Shown here one piece after another: positions 1 to 11,360 of a stretch of 36,625 nt of DNA. The notes under the pieces were generated by a model, which saw nothing but the letters and a program-made list of their open reading frames with translations, was not told where the DNA came from and did no database searches. Position 1 is the stretch's first letter. Every line of letters begins with the position of its first letter. Source of the DNA: Octopus bimaculoides (lineage: Eukaryota); NCBI RefSeq assembly GCF_001194135.2, contig NC_068983.1, positions 51,571,632-51,608,256 of the forward strand, in the 5' to 3' direction. The position numbers were made by a program, and so were the translations under genes.

Positions 1-13
1 GTATATTCTAACA

Positions 14-592
14 TCATCTCCTTCTTTCGTAAGAAGGGATTTTGTGTCTTTGATTTGTTGTTGTGTGAATGTCACTATTGTTCTTTTTTTCCTTTAGAGC
101 ATTTGCGAAATTTGTTTTTGTTGTGCTGGCGGACATGTTCTTTTGAATATTTTTGTTTATGTTGGTGTATGTACTGCCTGGTTCAAAGGTGGTGGTAGTG
201 GCAGCAGAGTTTGTTGAACAGGTGATGGTGTCTGTGCTGACGGCCGATAACTTTACGTCCTTGCTGTTGTTGTGGTTTTTATTGTTGTTGTTGCTGGTGG
301 TGGTGGTGGTGTTGGTGGCGGTGTTAATTTTCATGTTGTTGTTACTGGTGCTAGTAGATGGAGAAACTGCAGTCGCCTTCGATCCAGATTTCTTCATAGT
401 TTTCATGGTGGTGGTGGTGAGAGGGCTGTTTGTAGCTGTAACCGCCGTCTTTGTGACGATTACAGCAGCTGCATTCCTATCACTGAGTGAGCACGCGTTA
501 CTGTGTTCTTTTTTTTCTTCTAGCATCTGAAGCCTCGGGAAATGCTCGTCAAAAGAACAAGACAAGCGTTCCAAAATTATGTTTCTGGACAT
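14..592 (-). CDS. 192-aa Thr/Asn/Ser-rich low-complexity ORF; candidate terminal exon or standalone ORF
   Basis: Longest ORF in the window not explained by a pure microsatellite or N gap. Non-repetitive N-terminal ~45 aa, then ACC/AAC codon runs. Start context AAAAATGT with an in-frame TGA just upstream (598-596). In-frame candidate acceptor CTTCAG|ATG at 526. The repeats themselves help keep the frame open. No homology recognised. Confidence 0.4.
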   Translation of the reverse strand: MSRNIILERLSCSFDEHFPRLQMLEEKKEHSNACSLSDRNAAAVIVTKTAVTATNSPLTTTTMKTMKKSGSKATAVSPSTSTSNNNMKINTATNTTTTTSNNNNKNHNNSKDVKLSAVSTDTITCSTNSAATTTTFEPGSTYTNINKNIQKNMSASTTKTNFANALKEKKNNSDIHTTTNQRHKIPSYERRR

Positions 593-595
593 TTT

Positions 596-664
596 TCAAA
601 TGTCGAGAAGGAAATTTTTGTATTTTGCTAGGGCCGAAACTGCCCCTGGGGGCCAATTCCTGCC
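596..664 (-). CDS. Candidate terminal coding exon GRNWPPGAVSALAKYKNFLLDI*
   Basis: Acceptor CTTCATTTTTTTGTATTTTCAAG|GGC (AG at 666-665), phase 0, reads to TGA at 598-596. Phase matches the donor at 3141. Confidence 0.3.
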   Translation of the reverse strand, partial: GRNWPPGAVSALAKYKNFLLDI

Positions 665-771
665 CTTGAAAATACAAAAAAATGAAGCCTAGGTGCTTCG
701 CAACAACATTATTAAAAAAGTCAAAGAAACGTTTACCTTCTCAGCCGATGTGACAGCACGTCCGTGAGAAG

Positions 772-845
<74 letters not shown>
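772..845 (+). repeat. (AGAT)n tetranucleotide microsatellite
   Basis: About 18 perfect units read directly. Confidence 0.97.
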
Positions 846-846
<1 letters not shown>

Positions 847-983
847 GGCATACAACCCTACCTATATACATAGGCATATGCATATATGAATACGTACATA
901 TCTAAATACATGCAAAGACACAGACATGTATGTTGGCATGTAGCTTTTAGGTGAGAGCTGTCGAGTACTAAAATCTAATCTGT

Positions 984-1033
984 TATTCTTTTACTCGATT
1001 CAGTCATTTGACTTCGGCCATGCTGGAGCACCA
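984..1033 (-). mobile_element. 3-prime fragment of octopus-type SINE
   Basis: TCAGTCATTTGACTTCGGCCATGCTGGAGCACC is the reverse complement of the motif CCAGCATGGCCGCAGTCAAATG seen in the copy at 35.5 kb and related to the copy at 36.3 kb. Confidence 0.65.
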
Positions 1034-1045
1034 ATTATCTATACA

Positions 1046-1300
1046 TGTGTGTGTGTGTTCGTGTGTGTATGTGTATGTTTGTGTGTGAGCGTGCGCGTGT
1101 GCAAGTGTATATGTGTGTGTGTGTATTCTTCACCAAATATGTTAAAGTTTACGTATACGTAACGTTTTATAAATGGAATCTTGCCACTTATATTTATCCA
1201 CTTTTGTCTCTTTAAATCTGTGTGTGTTTGTGTGCGCACGTGTGTGTGTGTCTTTGTGCGTGTGCGTGTGTGTGTGTGCGTGTGTATGTGTTTGTGTTTG
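1046..1300 (+). repeat. Degenerate (GT)n/(GC)n dinucleotide tracts
   Basis: Read directly; source of the spurious His/Thr-rich ORFs in the track. Confidence 0.9.
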
Positions 1301-2838
1301 AGTGTAAACCAAAATTTTCAGTCTACCAACATGTTTCACAATTATAGTCCTTGACTAGTAAATAATAAACTATAGAAAAATGAAATCAGACGCGCATTCA
1401 TAGAAACACCTACAGGAATACGTGTGCAGGCGCATATACACACGCACACTAATGAGCATACAGACGTAAACCTGCACACACTCGCACGGCATGTTCAGAT
1501 TCATGCATTGACATATGGACCTAATCACCCCAACAGAAATGTAAACGGGCAAATCCGTAACTTGATTAATTAAAGATCTTCATTCTCATAACTTACAAAA
1601 GTAAGAGAGTTTTAATGTTGACAACGTTATGAAAATATAACGAAGTCATAGTAGGAAAGAATTAAGGTGAAAACGTTTTTAAAATGTGATACCATTTATT
1701 TTTCTCTTGAATAAACGCATCTCCTTGTACAGTCCATCAAGGATTTACAAGCGAGCCCACAAACCCCTTTACACCCACGTGTATATGTAAGGCTATATTG
1801 ATGCAGAACAATGAATAATGCAGTGTTCGAATAAAAGCAGTTGTTGTGTGCGATGGCTTTGAGATAAGATTTAGAAGAGAATAGGTTGGTGCTTACATGA
1901 CAAACAACACATTTAGAACCGTGATAATATAATGATACTGTTGTGTCAACGCCCCCAAACGGAGAAGTAGACTCGACCAAGACATATAAATACATGTAGT
2001 TTGACCGTGTTAGCAGTGACTGACACTTGAGTAGCTGCCGTGCAACGGTTGAATAGAGATCATCCGAAGGTGCTCGATAGCGGTACCTTGAGACGTAACA
2101 GATACACTTTACTGTGATATTTCATTAAATAGTGTTTGGTACTTAATAATGTCTGAGTTAGCTGTTCCATACGCACTAGAGTAACTGGGGGGGGGGACTT
2201 TTAAAGGGGTAGCGCGTTTAGGTCTGCTATAGTCAATATGTGTGTTTTGTGTAGTCCAGTGGCAGCAAACGGAAGGGTCACGCCGGGCAACACACACTGT
2301 AGCTACGCTAGTGTCCGTACGTGTATGCAACACACTGTATTGTGCTGGAAGTCAATGGATTACTTTTTCTTTTCCAAAAATATTATGGCGTTCTCTACAG
2401 GACAAACCGAAATATTGTGTGTCATTCTAGTCCAACTATATATTATATGCAATAGCGTAATTGAGATTAGGGTATATAATTTGAATTTGCTTCACCAATA
2501 CCGAAATTTGAAAGAGAATCGATATCCAGAGTTACTTAAAATAGTAACACAAATTTTACGATGGAGCATATGATAGATAAGCAGGGTGGATAAATAACTG
2601 GAGTTTCACTTGTCCAATGAGACCGCTCATATAAATATGCACTGAGATATGCATATTACCTTTGTGTCTCAGTTAACTTGAAATGGAAACTATTTTTAAA
2701 GTTACATGTGTACGTAAAAACATGTCCAGTTCATTTATCTTGGAAATTCACTTTCACCAAATAATAGCTACAAATTACGCTTGATACATTTCTGTTTATC
2801 TAAATTTTAAAGCCAAAATTACACACACACAAAATTTA

Positions 2839-2873
<35 letters not shown>

Positions 2874-2925
2874 NNNNNNNNNNNNNNNNNNNNNNNNNNN
2901 NNNNNNNNNNNNNNNNNNNNNNNNN
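2874..2925. other. Assembly gap (52 N) next to (AT)n
   Basis: N run preceded by an (AT)n tract. Confidence 0.99.
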
Positions 2926-3140
2926 GCGACACAGAATGAAGTAACAACTGTAATACATTGTTTTATATATTTCTCATTATTTTTTTAAAAACATGTTTAG
3001 AACGCTTCAATTATTTTGCTAGTCAATCTCGTTTTGCTAGCGGCAGTAAAAGCTTTTTTCTTCAATAGTTTTATCTTGTAACATTTCCTTTTTGTTGCGT
3101 GCATTTTAAGTTGTTTTACTTTAAGAGTCTAGTTACTTAC

Positions 3141-3173
3141 CTGAAGGTTTAAGATATTACGTAAACAAAATCT
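3141..3173 (-). CDS. Candidate 33-nt microexon RFCLRNILNLQ (phase 0-0)
   Basis: Perfect donor CAG|GTAAGT (GT at 3140-3139) and acceptor TAATTTTTTAG|AGA; only phase 0 is open. Confidence 0.4.
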
Positions 3174-4081
3174 CTAAAAAATTATTTTAAAATAGGTGTA
3201 TTTTAGCACTGCCACCTAAGGATTGAACTAATGAATATTTTGCCCGAGTGGATATTTGAAATTAAATAACAAATAATACTGTGGACGGATGTTCCTTATT
3301 ATATATATCGTTAGTTGAAATACAGAGACAACTATTTAGGAATAGACTGCATTTCAATATTACATAAATGATACACCTCAATTAACAAATATACTAACAT
3401 TAATTTTGATATAATGTAGATTACGTAAAATCTGGGAATATGATTCTAGTTAAAAATATATTAAACTATTGATTTGCTCCAATCTATCAATATCTCTAAT
3501 TTGACTTTAATTTCTTTACATTGATCCCTTAGTAATTAATCAGGAATATATAATTATAATATTCTAATCTACAAAAAATTATTGGAAATGTATTGAACAA
3601 ACATTCTTAATACGCAGCTACTGTCTTGCCAAAATATTTTGTGTACCACCAGGAAACATTGAATGCATTTTCATATTCATCATTAAATTAGTTTCCTTAG
3701 AATAAATAATTACACTGGTCAACAAAGAATTTATCCTAAGAAAACGAATACATGTATCTTATATGTCTGTGTATGCAGAATTCAAGAATAATGTCAAACT
3801 ATCTGTATCACCCACAGTTTCTCTATTCCACGATATTTATCGCAGTTCCTGTTACGTGGACTAAATTTTAGTTAAGCTGTTGAAGCGTGAAGCTAACGGT
3901 TTCAGAAATACTCCTAATTTAAATGTCTGTGAATAGAATAAAATTAATGCAATCGTAAATCTAGCAATCTGTGTCAATGAGTCACCGAAGCTTGTCAACA
4001 CTGAGTCGATGAATTCCGATGCTTTGTCAGTACTGTGCTTGAAGTGTAGGCAAGCGGTTGTGAATTAAGTTCACATATTCC

Positions 4082-4360
4082 GACTTATACCAGGGACTAC
4101 CAAAAGTAACATTGAAGTTACAGCAAAGAAGGATGAGGCTAGCTGGACATACCAATGAAATTGCTAACAAGTTAGTGCTCTGGAAACCAACGGAAAGAAG
4201 AACCATGAGAATGAGGAAGACGACCTATATCGACTACTTGCTGGAGGATACTTGTATGAAAGGGGAACAGGAGCTGAGAACCATTATGGAAGATCGAGAT
4301 GAGTAGGAAGACGTACGGAAACAGTCTTAGGGTGTCCTGAGGGATGACCTAGATAGAAAG
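4082..4360 (+). mobile_element. 5-prime-truncated RTE-clade LINE 3-prime end, nested in the Chapaev3 element
   Basis: Translates DLYQGLPKVTLKLQQRRMRLAGH...LVLWKPT...TTYIDYL...ELRTIMEDRDE, the typical RTE ORF C-terminus. Flanked by 7-bp direct repeat ATATTCC (4075-4081 and 4361-4367). Confidence 0.85.
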
Positions 4361-4374
4361 ATATTCCTTTCATA

Positions 4375-5991
4375 ATGCCAAGAAACTATATAAACATCGC
4401 CAATAACTGTTGTTATATTTGCGGTGACTTAACATTCAACTCACAAAGACGGCGCTTCACGCCGTTCACTAAAGAGTGTTATGAGCATTATTTTGACTGC
4501 AAAGTGGGTGACCAGGATATAAGGTGGGCCCCTCATATGTGTTGTGGAGTCTGTGTTAGGCATGGCCCAAAGGTTCACGCCACGTGCCTTTTCCATCTCT
4601 ATAACTTGGAGAAAGTTAAAAGATCACATTTTGGATTGCTAATGTGCACGATGGATATTCAAGTTATAACACCAAAATCCAACCATACTCTAAAATATCC
4701 TAATTTACAATCTGCTATGTGACCAGTAATTCATAGTCAACACTTACCGCTATCGGATCCTCCAAAACAAATGGCATTTGGTGACAAGTCACGTGATGAA
4801 GATGTGGAGAAAGAAACGTAAAACATGGACTGGAGAGTAATGGTCCTTCAATTGAATTACATTTGTCGAGTCAGGAATACCTGAATGATCTTGTGCGAGA
4901 TTTAAACGTTTCGAAAATGCATGCAGGCTGAAGTTTTTGATTCCAGGCTAAAGGGCTGGAACTTTCTCTAGAAAGAAACTAATCGTGCTCGACATTGTGA
5001 TTTTGCAAATCTTTCCTCAATTCAGGAGGGTGTGGTGTTTTGTAATGATGCATATTCTGTTATAGATTGATTTGACTACAAATATAGCGTGAATGAGTGG
5101 CGTTTGTTTATTGACCCCCTCAAAAGTAAGCTTGAAAACAGTTTTACTTCACAATGGAAATAAGTTTTTTTCTATTCCTTTGGCCCATGCAGCTAACATG
5201 AAGGAAGCATATGAGAGTATGGAGCTTCTGTTGCAAAAAATTAAGAATGTGAAACATAAGTGGAATATTTGTAGCGACATTGAGTTTGTGGTACTTTTAC
5301 TTGGAATACAGTTGGGTTACACAAAGTTTTGTTGCTTTCTCTGTGAGTGGGACAGTCGGGATAAGATAAATCATTAGGAAAAAATTTGTAACCGAAACAA
5401 TCTCTGACATCTGGACAGAAGAGTGTCATCAATCCTCCCCTTGTTGATTCTGAGAAAAGTTATCAGCCCCCTTTGCATATAAAGCTAGGGTTGATGAAGA
5501 ATTTCGTCAAACCAAAGGATAGACTTGGCAAGGGTTTCATGTATTTCGAAACTAAATTTCCAGGAGTAAGAGACACCAAAATCAAGGAAGGTATTTTTGT
5601 TGGGCCACAGATTAGGAAGCTGATGGGAAACCAAAAGTTTGATGAAGAGCTCAATAATATTGAAAAACCTGCATGACTGTCCTTTAAGAAAGTTTGATTA
5701 GAGATCCCGGGGGATCACAGAACAGAGAACTATTCTGACATTGCGAAAGTCTTGGGATGCAATATGAGTCTAAAAATCAAGCTCTTACACTCTGACTTGG
5801 ATTTTTCCCTGCAGATCTTGAGGCAGTCAGTGATGAACACGGTGAGATGTTTCACCAGGACATTCTGAACATAGAAACCCGGTACCAAGGAAAGTGGAAC
5901 TGTTATGTGTTGGATGATTATGGCTGATCACTGAAAAGAGACGTTCCAGAAGCTAAGTACAATCGAAAAGGCATACACCTCTACGTTTTAA
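4375..5991 (+). pseudogene. Chapaev3 transposase pseudogene (frameshifts and stops)
   Basis: N-terminal CYICG...WAPHMCCGVCV zinc-binding motifs; catalytic motifs EWRLFIDPSK, WNICSD, GYTKFCCFLCEWDSR, PLHIKLGLMKNFVK, EGIFVGPQIR, GCNMSLKI, SDEHGEMFHQ spread over several frames. Confidence 0.9.
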
Positions 5992-7220
5992 ATGTAATAT
6001 CAGCCTGATTTTTGAATTCTTGAAATACAATTGTTTAACAGTTCACATATCCTGTAACAGAAAAACTATGAGCTATAGAAAAAATAAAAAAAAAACACGC
6101 TTGAATTCTGCAGACAAAATGCTATTAAGTTCACCTATATTTGTTTGTTGGACAGAGATTTTTATTAAATCTGTTGACGAATTATAATTGTCAGACTTCT
6201 GTCTGCATTAATATAGTACATCTATTGTGCAATTTAATTACTGCCACATATTAACCATGCCTGAGAAAAAATTCTTAAAAAACAGATTCAAATTCTGCGT
6301 TAAAAGTACTATAAAGTTCCCTTTTTTTTGTTCATGGCATAGCAATAATTTTGTTGACCAGTGTTACCGCTGATATGGATTCCATTTAATGGAATTTGCA
6401 AATTAAGAATTACCATCGAAGCTAAGTCAATTTTAAAAGCTCTAGCAATGAGAATCATATTTATATTTGTGGGAACTTACAAGTTAGCTTCCCTTCAATT
6501 TATTTACGTCACTAATCTTATTCGTAACGCTTACTTCAAATCGTCTAAGTCATGTATGTAAGTAGGAAAATAGAAAATCGCCATAAGCAAATGTTACTGT
6601 TTAACCGATTGAAGATCACGTCATGATGGACAAATTATAGAGAATAGTTTGTCGGGTGAGTTATGTACGTATTTCATATTATCCCAGATTCATATTTTGC
6701 ATATTCTGTTAACTGACTCCCGTCGTTTAATATAACATTTGAAAACGACTACATTTGCATCCGAAGATCTCAATCTCATCTAGTTAGTAAATTACTACCT
6801 ACAGTATAGATACGTACATTCACCACAAAATATCACATTACAATCAGTTGATCATTTGCACAGAATACATTATTATCACTGCAGTTCCCTAGCTTAACAT
6901 AACGACATTCATATCCAGTCATTGAAGTTACGCATACAACCTAAGCACATATAATACACAAAACAGCAACACACACAATAGCGGCATTGTAAACAATATT
7001 GTAACAACAAACACCCAAACAGAAACAAATTTCATATTGGTACAGATTTCCTTTATACGTTGAACACGTGTACCTCCGGCAGTGACATCAAAAATAGGGG
7101 AATATAGAGTATATGACAGACAGTCTATAATGCAAAATCGCATTCAATAAATCAGTATATGATATATTCAAATGTATGAGAGAAAATGTGGCAAATATGT
7201 CTCCTATATCTCGTTCTAAC

Positions 7221-7288
7221 ATGTTTTAACGTATCTGGGTATTTAGCAGTGTATAGGAGTGTCCTCAATTCCTGGATCTTATCCATTA
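7221..7288 (-). CDS. Candidate exon MDKIQELRTLLYTAKYPDTLKH (phase 1-0; alternative acceptor at 7302 is phase 2)
   Basis: Pyrimidine tract TCATTTGTTTCGTTTTGGCCTCGTAG followed by a second AG (TTATCAG|TA); donor CAT|GTTAGA; inside ORF 7152..7367. Confidence 0.35.
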
Positions 7289-7639
7289 CTGATAACCAAT
7301 AGCTACGAGGCCAAAACGAAACAAATGATAATGTTGAGTAGCGAAGTGGGTTGCTTGATATAGGCATTGTGATTGCATTTATTTTCTTATATTTTTATGA
7401 GAAGGAAGTATTTAAATGTTCATACGATAACTCTGTGATAGAGTGTGAAGATAAACTTAATCCCTTAAGGGTATTGGTAAGAAAATGATGAAAATCGGTT
7501 GATTTAGAAGAGTGTGTGATAACTAATTTTTGACAACAGATAAGCAAATAGATATCACAGTGCATCTTTATCATATGAATGAAATAAACACAGCTCTCAC
7601 TACGTAAGCACAAAACACACAAACGTACACACATTCTCG

Positions 7640-7651
7640 TATATATATATG

Positions 7652-7733
<82 letters not shown>

Positions 7734-7746
7734 TAAATATATATAC
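7640..7746. repeat. (AT)n microsatellite
   Basis: About 100 nt of near-perfect AT alternation. Confidence 0.97.
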
Positions 7747-8167
7747 ATTTGTATTTGCGTGATACGTATGTGTTGCATCAGTTTTCTGTACTAAGATGTA
7801 AAATATATGCACGTGCGTGTGTGTGTGCATGCGTGTGTGTACAATTGTCTCGTATAATAAAATTTGTTGGAATGATATATAAAAATCCAATAAAACATGA
7901 TTCTTGGTATGTTAAAATTCATCTTTTTGTATTTTTTCACCCATTGCCAAACTTCATAATGTCTATACTTTTCAATATTTTCAATTCTTCTCCCAAAATC
8001 CATTAAACATTTGTCGGTATTGCTTCAACAGTCAAGAAATTTTAAAACTATTTATAGTTAGATGTAAAGATTATAATTGTGAATTCTTCCCGTTGCGTAA
8101 CAATCCATGATATTGTATTAGATTTACATTTAATAGGTGATCCTAATTCATTTTGTATTTACTACTG

Positions 8168-9375
8168 CAAGATGTCCCAAAATTAAGACCATCAACTTTT
8201 TTTCAATTCTCCAAAGCAAAATATTGTTATATTTCGGGTCCAGGCATTGCAATGCTACGGTAAAGGGGAGACAATTATGGCACAACCACATTTATTCTAT
8301 ATGACCAACTCTGATTCGAATCACACCCTTAATTCTAGGTGAAAATGCTTCACATGTGGCACGCAGCTGTTCTCGCAGAATCGAAGCACTTTCCTGATGC
8401 ACTTTTGCCTTCAGTGCGTCGAGCAATATACGGGGGATGCTCGAGAACCTCATTTCCAAAATTGACCAAACTGAAAACTCCAATGAGTTGAGATGGGGGT
8501 TTCTTGAGGGTGATACATCCTTGACTATAAGCGATGGAATGTTTTTTTGTGAATCCAGTGTTGCGTCTGTTTGGAGTTATGTGATGGTGCGATATTCTGC
8601 TGGAGTTTCGGAGATGCGCCTTGAATGTGTTCATTGGACCAGTTCAGCTTCCAGAATGTCGCTGATATATTGCCGAGTATTAATTTAAACACCTGAAGGT
8701 ACAAGAATGAAGAGGGGGACCTTCCAGTGACTGTCACGGCCGCCCAAATCATAAGTGATTGTGAAATCTACGGAGCAAGATAAACTCAAAATCTGTAATC
8801 CTGGTGGTTTCCTATCTGTTCGATGCCAATCGTTTCCTTTCATCAGTGAACACCAGGTTGGGCAACGTGTCTTCAACAATCTCACGCAGGATAAATCGAC
8901 TTCCATCTAGTCTCATACCCTTATAGACTTGCTTGAACTCACAAAGTTTTGGGTCCTGAGATCCACCTTCAGTACTCGTTACATCGATCTTCAGTTTATT
9001 TTTTTTTTGTGACTGCCATTTTTCTGGTGGAACGACGAGGATTTCACTGTATCATTTCTATGGTATTTTTGATAAGCTTAGTGGCTCGCACACTGCTTTT
9101 TCGGCCACGTCCATGTCGACCAGTGGTGGAACAATTCTCCTGAAATGTGTTGACAATTATCAGGACTGTTGTTCGGTATAGATGTATTACTTTCGGTTTC
9201 TTTGTGCAGGATTATTTTTGTATTTCGGTCAATAGCCATTATCTACTTCATAAAACTGAATTTATTTTGTCTAGAACTAAGCTTTTATAATGAAGTAAAT
9301 TTTTCGTATCTTATCGCATTTATTGATAGTTACTAAAACCCGAAATTTTGGTTGTCTTAATTTCGGGACGCCCTG
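8168..9375 (-). mobile_element. Tc1/mariner DD37D (maT) element, full length but decayed
   Basis: 28-bp imperfect TIRs (CAAGATGTCCCAAAATTAAGACCATCAA at 8168; TTGGTTGTCTTAATTTCGGGACGCCCTG at 9348-9375, followed by TA). Minus-strand transposase remnants GRHGRGRKSSVR..NPRRSTRKMA, VFTDE, MIWAAVT.TGRSP, LQQNIAPSH, PMEFSVWSILE, GHIE*. Confidence 0.9.
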
Positions 9376-9539
9376 TATATCAATACTGTAATATTTCTGT
9401 AATAAGATATTGTTGTAATATTTCTATAACAACCCCCACCAAATGTACACTTTTCTCGCCTGTCTCTGTATCACACACCATAGGTTGCCATCTAATATTA
9501 CATAAGAGTCGGGAATTACAATTATTTCAATATTGAAGT

Positions 9540-10400
9540 AATTATTATCATTATTATTTTATGAAAACTCTCAGCATATTTTGATTTGTATGATGGAAAG
9601 TGTCAGCTGTCCACAGCCAGCAGACTAAGGCGACCCTTGTTCGCTAGTGATGCTTCAAGACCCCTACGTATAATTCTTGTAGTTCCAAGCAATGCTGATT
9701 TTTGTAGGAGTTCTAACTTCATATTTGCACTAATCCTTGTAGGGATGTTGGTAGTTGAGCGTTCCTACTTCCAAGTACGCCAATTACAGTTGACACCACG
9801 CTTTCTCTTCTCATCGACCACGACCTTCGTATTTGCCTCTTCAAATCGTCATAGTTCTTCAGCTTTTCTTCGGTCTCTTTTATCCTGCTGTGACTGGGAC
9901 ATGCCATGTCGATTGTCACAAAAGTTCTACCATTCTTAATTCACCACATCAATGTCTGGTCAGGTGTTCGCAGTTAATCATCGCATCTCACGGGATTTTG
10001 CAACCTTCATTCTCAGTGACTCCTTCTGGAGTATGTTCATACCACATGTTTGATCTTTGTAGGCCGTAATTGCCAAAGAGCTCCGAATGGATCATCCTTG
10101 AAACATTGTCATGTCGTCTTTTTTAATACCGTTGTGTCAATTTCGGGCATTCGCTAACGATGTGCAATACCGTTTTACCCCTGTTACCTCACATTCAGCA
10201 TTTGTCACCCTCTCTAGTGTTTTCGAGTCTGCCCTTTACATAATTCGGTTTTTACACTTATTCTTGGGCTGCACATATAAGTGTTTCTGTCTTCATTTTC
10301 AGGTCAGTTATTCTCATTCATAGTCATCGTTTTTATTATATATCTCTTGGCGTTCATATCACTTGCAAACTGACTGCACGTATTTTCTGACTCCACGTTG
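9540..10400 (-). mobile_element. R4/Dong-clade RLE non-LTR retrotransposon, 3-prime part
   Basis: Remnants ETLICAAQE, CCHC zinc knuckle, KRRHDNV..MIH, WYEHTPEGVTENEGCKI, IDMACP..RIKE..EK..Y.DLKR.I.R.W, VIGVLGS, ILRRVL; degenerate (TAA)n tail at about 9535-9560. Confidence 0.85.
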
Positions 10401-10559
10401 TTTCTTTTTCTGTGCATCCCCACTTTTTTGTCATCATTATCACGCACACGTATATGAGTGTGTATATCCGTGAGGGTGTGCGTGTGCGCGCGTTTACATG
10501 TTGGTCAAAATAGCACACGAAAACATTTTAGATTTTCTGTGCATTACATTATTGTTATT

Positions 10560-10745
10560 GCTGTTGTTGTTATCAATATTATTGTTGTTGTAGTTGTTGC
10601 TATTATTTTTTATTATCATTATTATACGAAAACGCAAAGCTTATTTTATTCGGTATGATAGAAAGTGTCAGCTGTCCAAAGACAGCAAAATAAGTTGACA
10701 CTTCAAGAACCCTGCGAAGAATTCTTGCACTTCCAAGTAATGCTA
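10560..10745 (-). mobile_element. Short 3-prime fragment of the same R4/Dong family
   Basis: GAAAGTGTCAGCTGTCCA...CTTCAAGA.CCCT..AATTCTTG..TTCCAAG.AATGCT at 10661-10744 aligns by eye with 9596-9697; degenerate (TTA/TTG)n tail on the left. Confidence 0.7.
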
Positions 10746-10919
<174 letters not shown>

Positions 10920-11149
10920 CATCATGACTATTATTATTGTCATTTTTATTATTATTTCAGAGGTTTTCTTTTGAAGCACATCTGCTCATTCTCTGTATGA
11001 TAATTAAAAGAACAGTTTCAAATCTTGTTATGTTATTTGTACAATTCTGGCCACCATCTTTACACTGTTTTATGTGTGTGGAAGAGGAGGCGTCTGCTCC
11101 ACTAACTGCTAAAGCCACTTAATCATTGCAAATCACACTGGGAAAACGT

Positions 11150-11360
11150 TTACCAAAATATTTCAAGAATACATACATTGAGTAACATTTTAACCATCGA
11201 AATTTCAGATTTGAACTTCACGGAACAAAAAGAGACGGCGGAGTGGCGTTGAAATAACGAAACGCCGTTACATTGTAGGTTCTTCTTATGGAAATAAATA
11301 ACGTGGGAGCCGATGCGATGAAAATTCTTCGACCGTGCAGCTATGTATTTCATTGAATTG
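11150..11360 (-). mobile_element. Possible highly decayed mariner transposase 5-prime fragment
   Basis: Weak resemblance to the mariner N-terminus (FHRI..HVIYFHK ... KFKSE then frameshifted F-D-V-K-D-like sequence). No TIR found. Confidence 0.3.

Larger units (their letters stand above)
3713..6363 (+). mobile_element. Chapaev3-type (CMC superfamily) DNA transposon, both ends present
   Basis: TIRs CACTGGTCAACAAA (3713-3726) and TTTGTTGACCAGTG (6350-6363) are exact reverse complements; TTA flanks both ends (3710-3712, 6364-6366). CAC termini and TWA target duplication are the known Chapaev3 signature. Transposase remnants inside. Confidence 0.85.

Noticed and set aside
153-530. 125-aa hydrophobic plus-strand ORF
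   Set aside because: Antisense mirror of the ACC/AAC-rich minus-strand ORF; the Val/Leu runs come from GTG/TTG repeats.
596-598. TGA as selenocysteine
   Set aside because: No selenoprotein-like redox motif around it, and any SECIS would lie outside the window; cannot be supported.
2203-2225. TTAA|AGGGGTAGCGCG resembling a Kolobok terminus
   Set aside because: No matching opposite end or coding remnant found nearby.
6928-7143. 71-aa ORF with a transmembrane-like segment
   Set aside because: Hydrophobicity follows from GT-rich composition; TTG start and no convincing splice pair.
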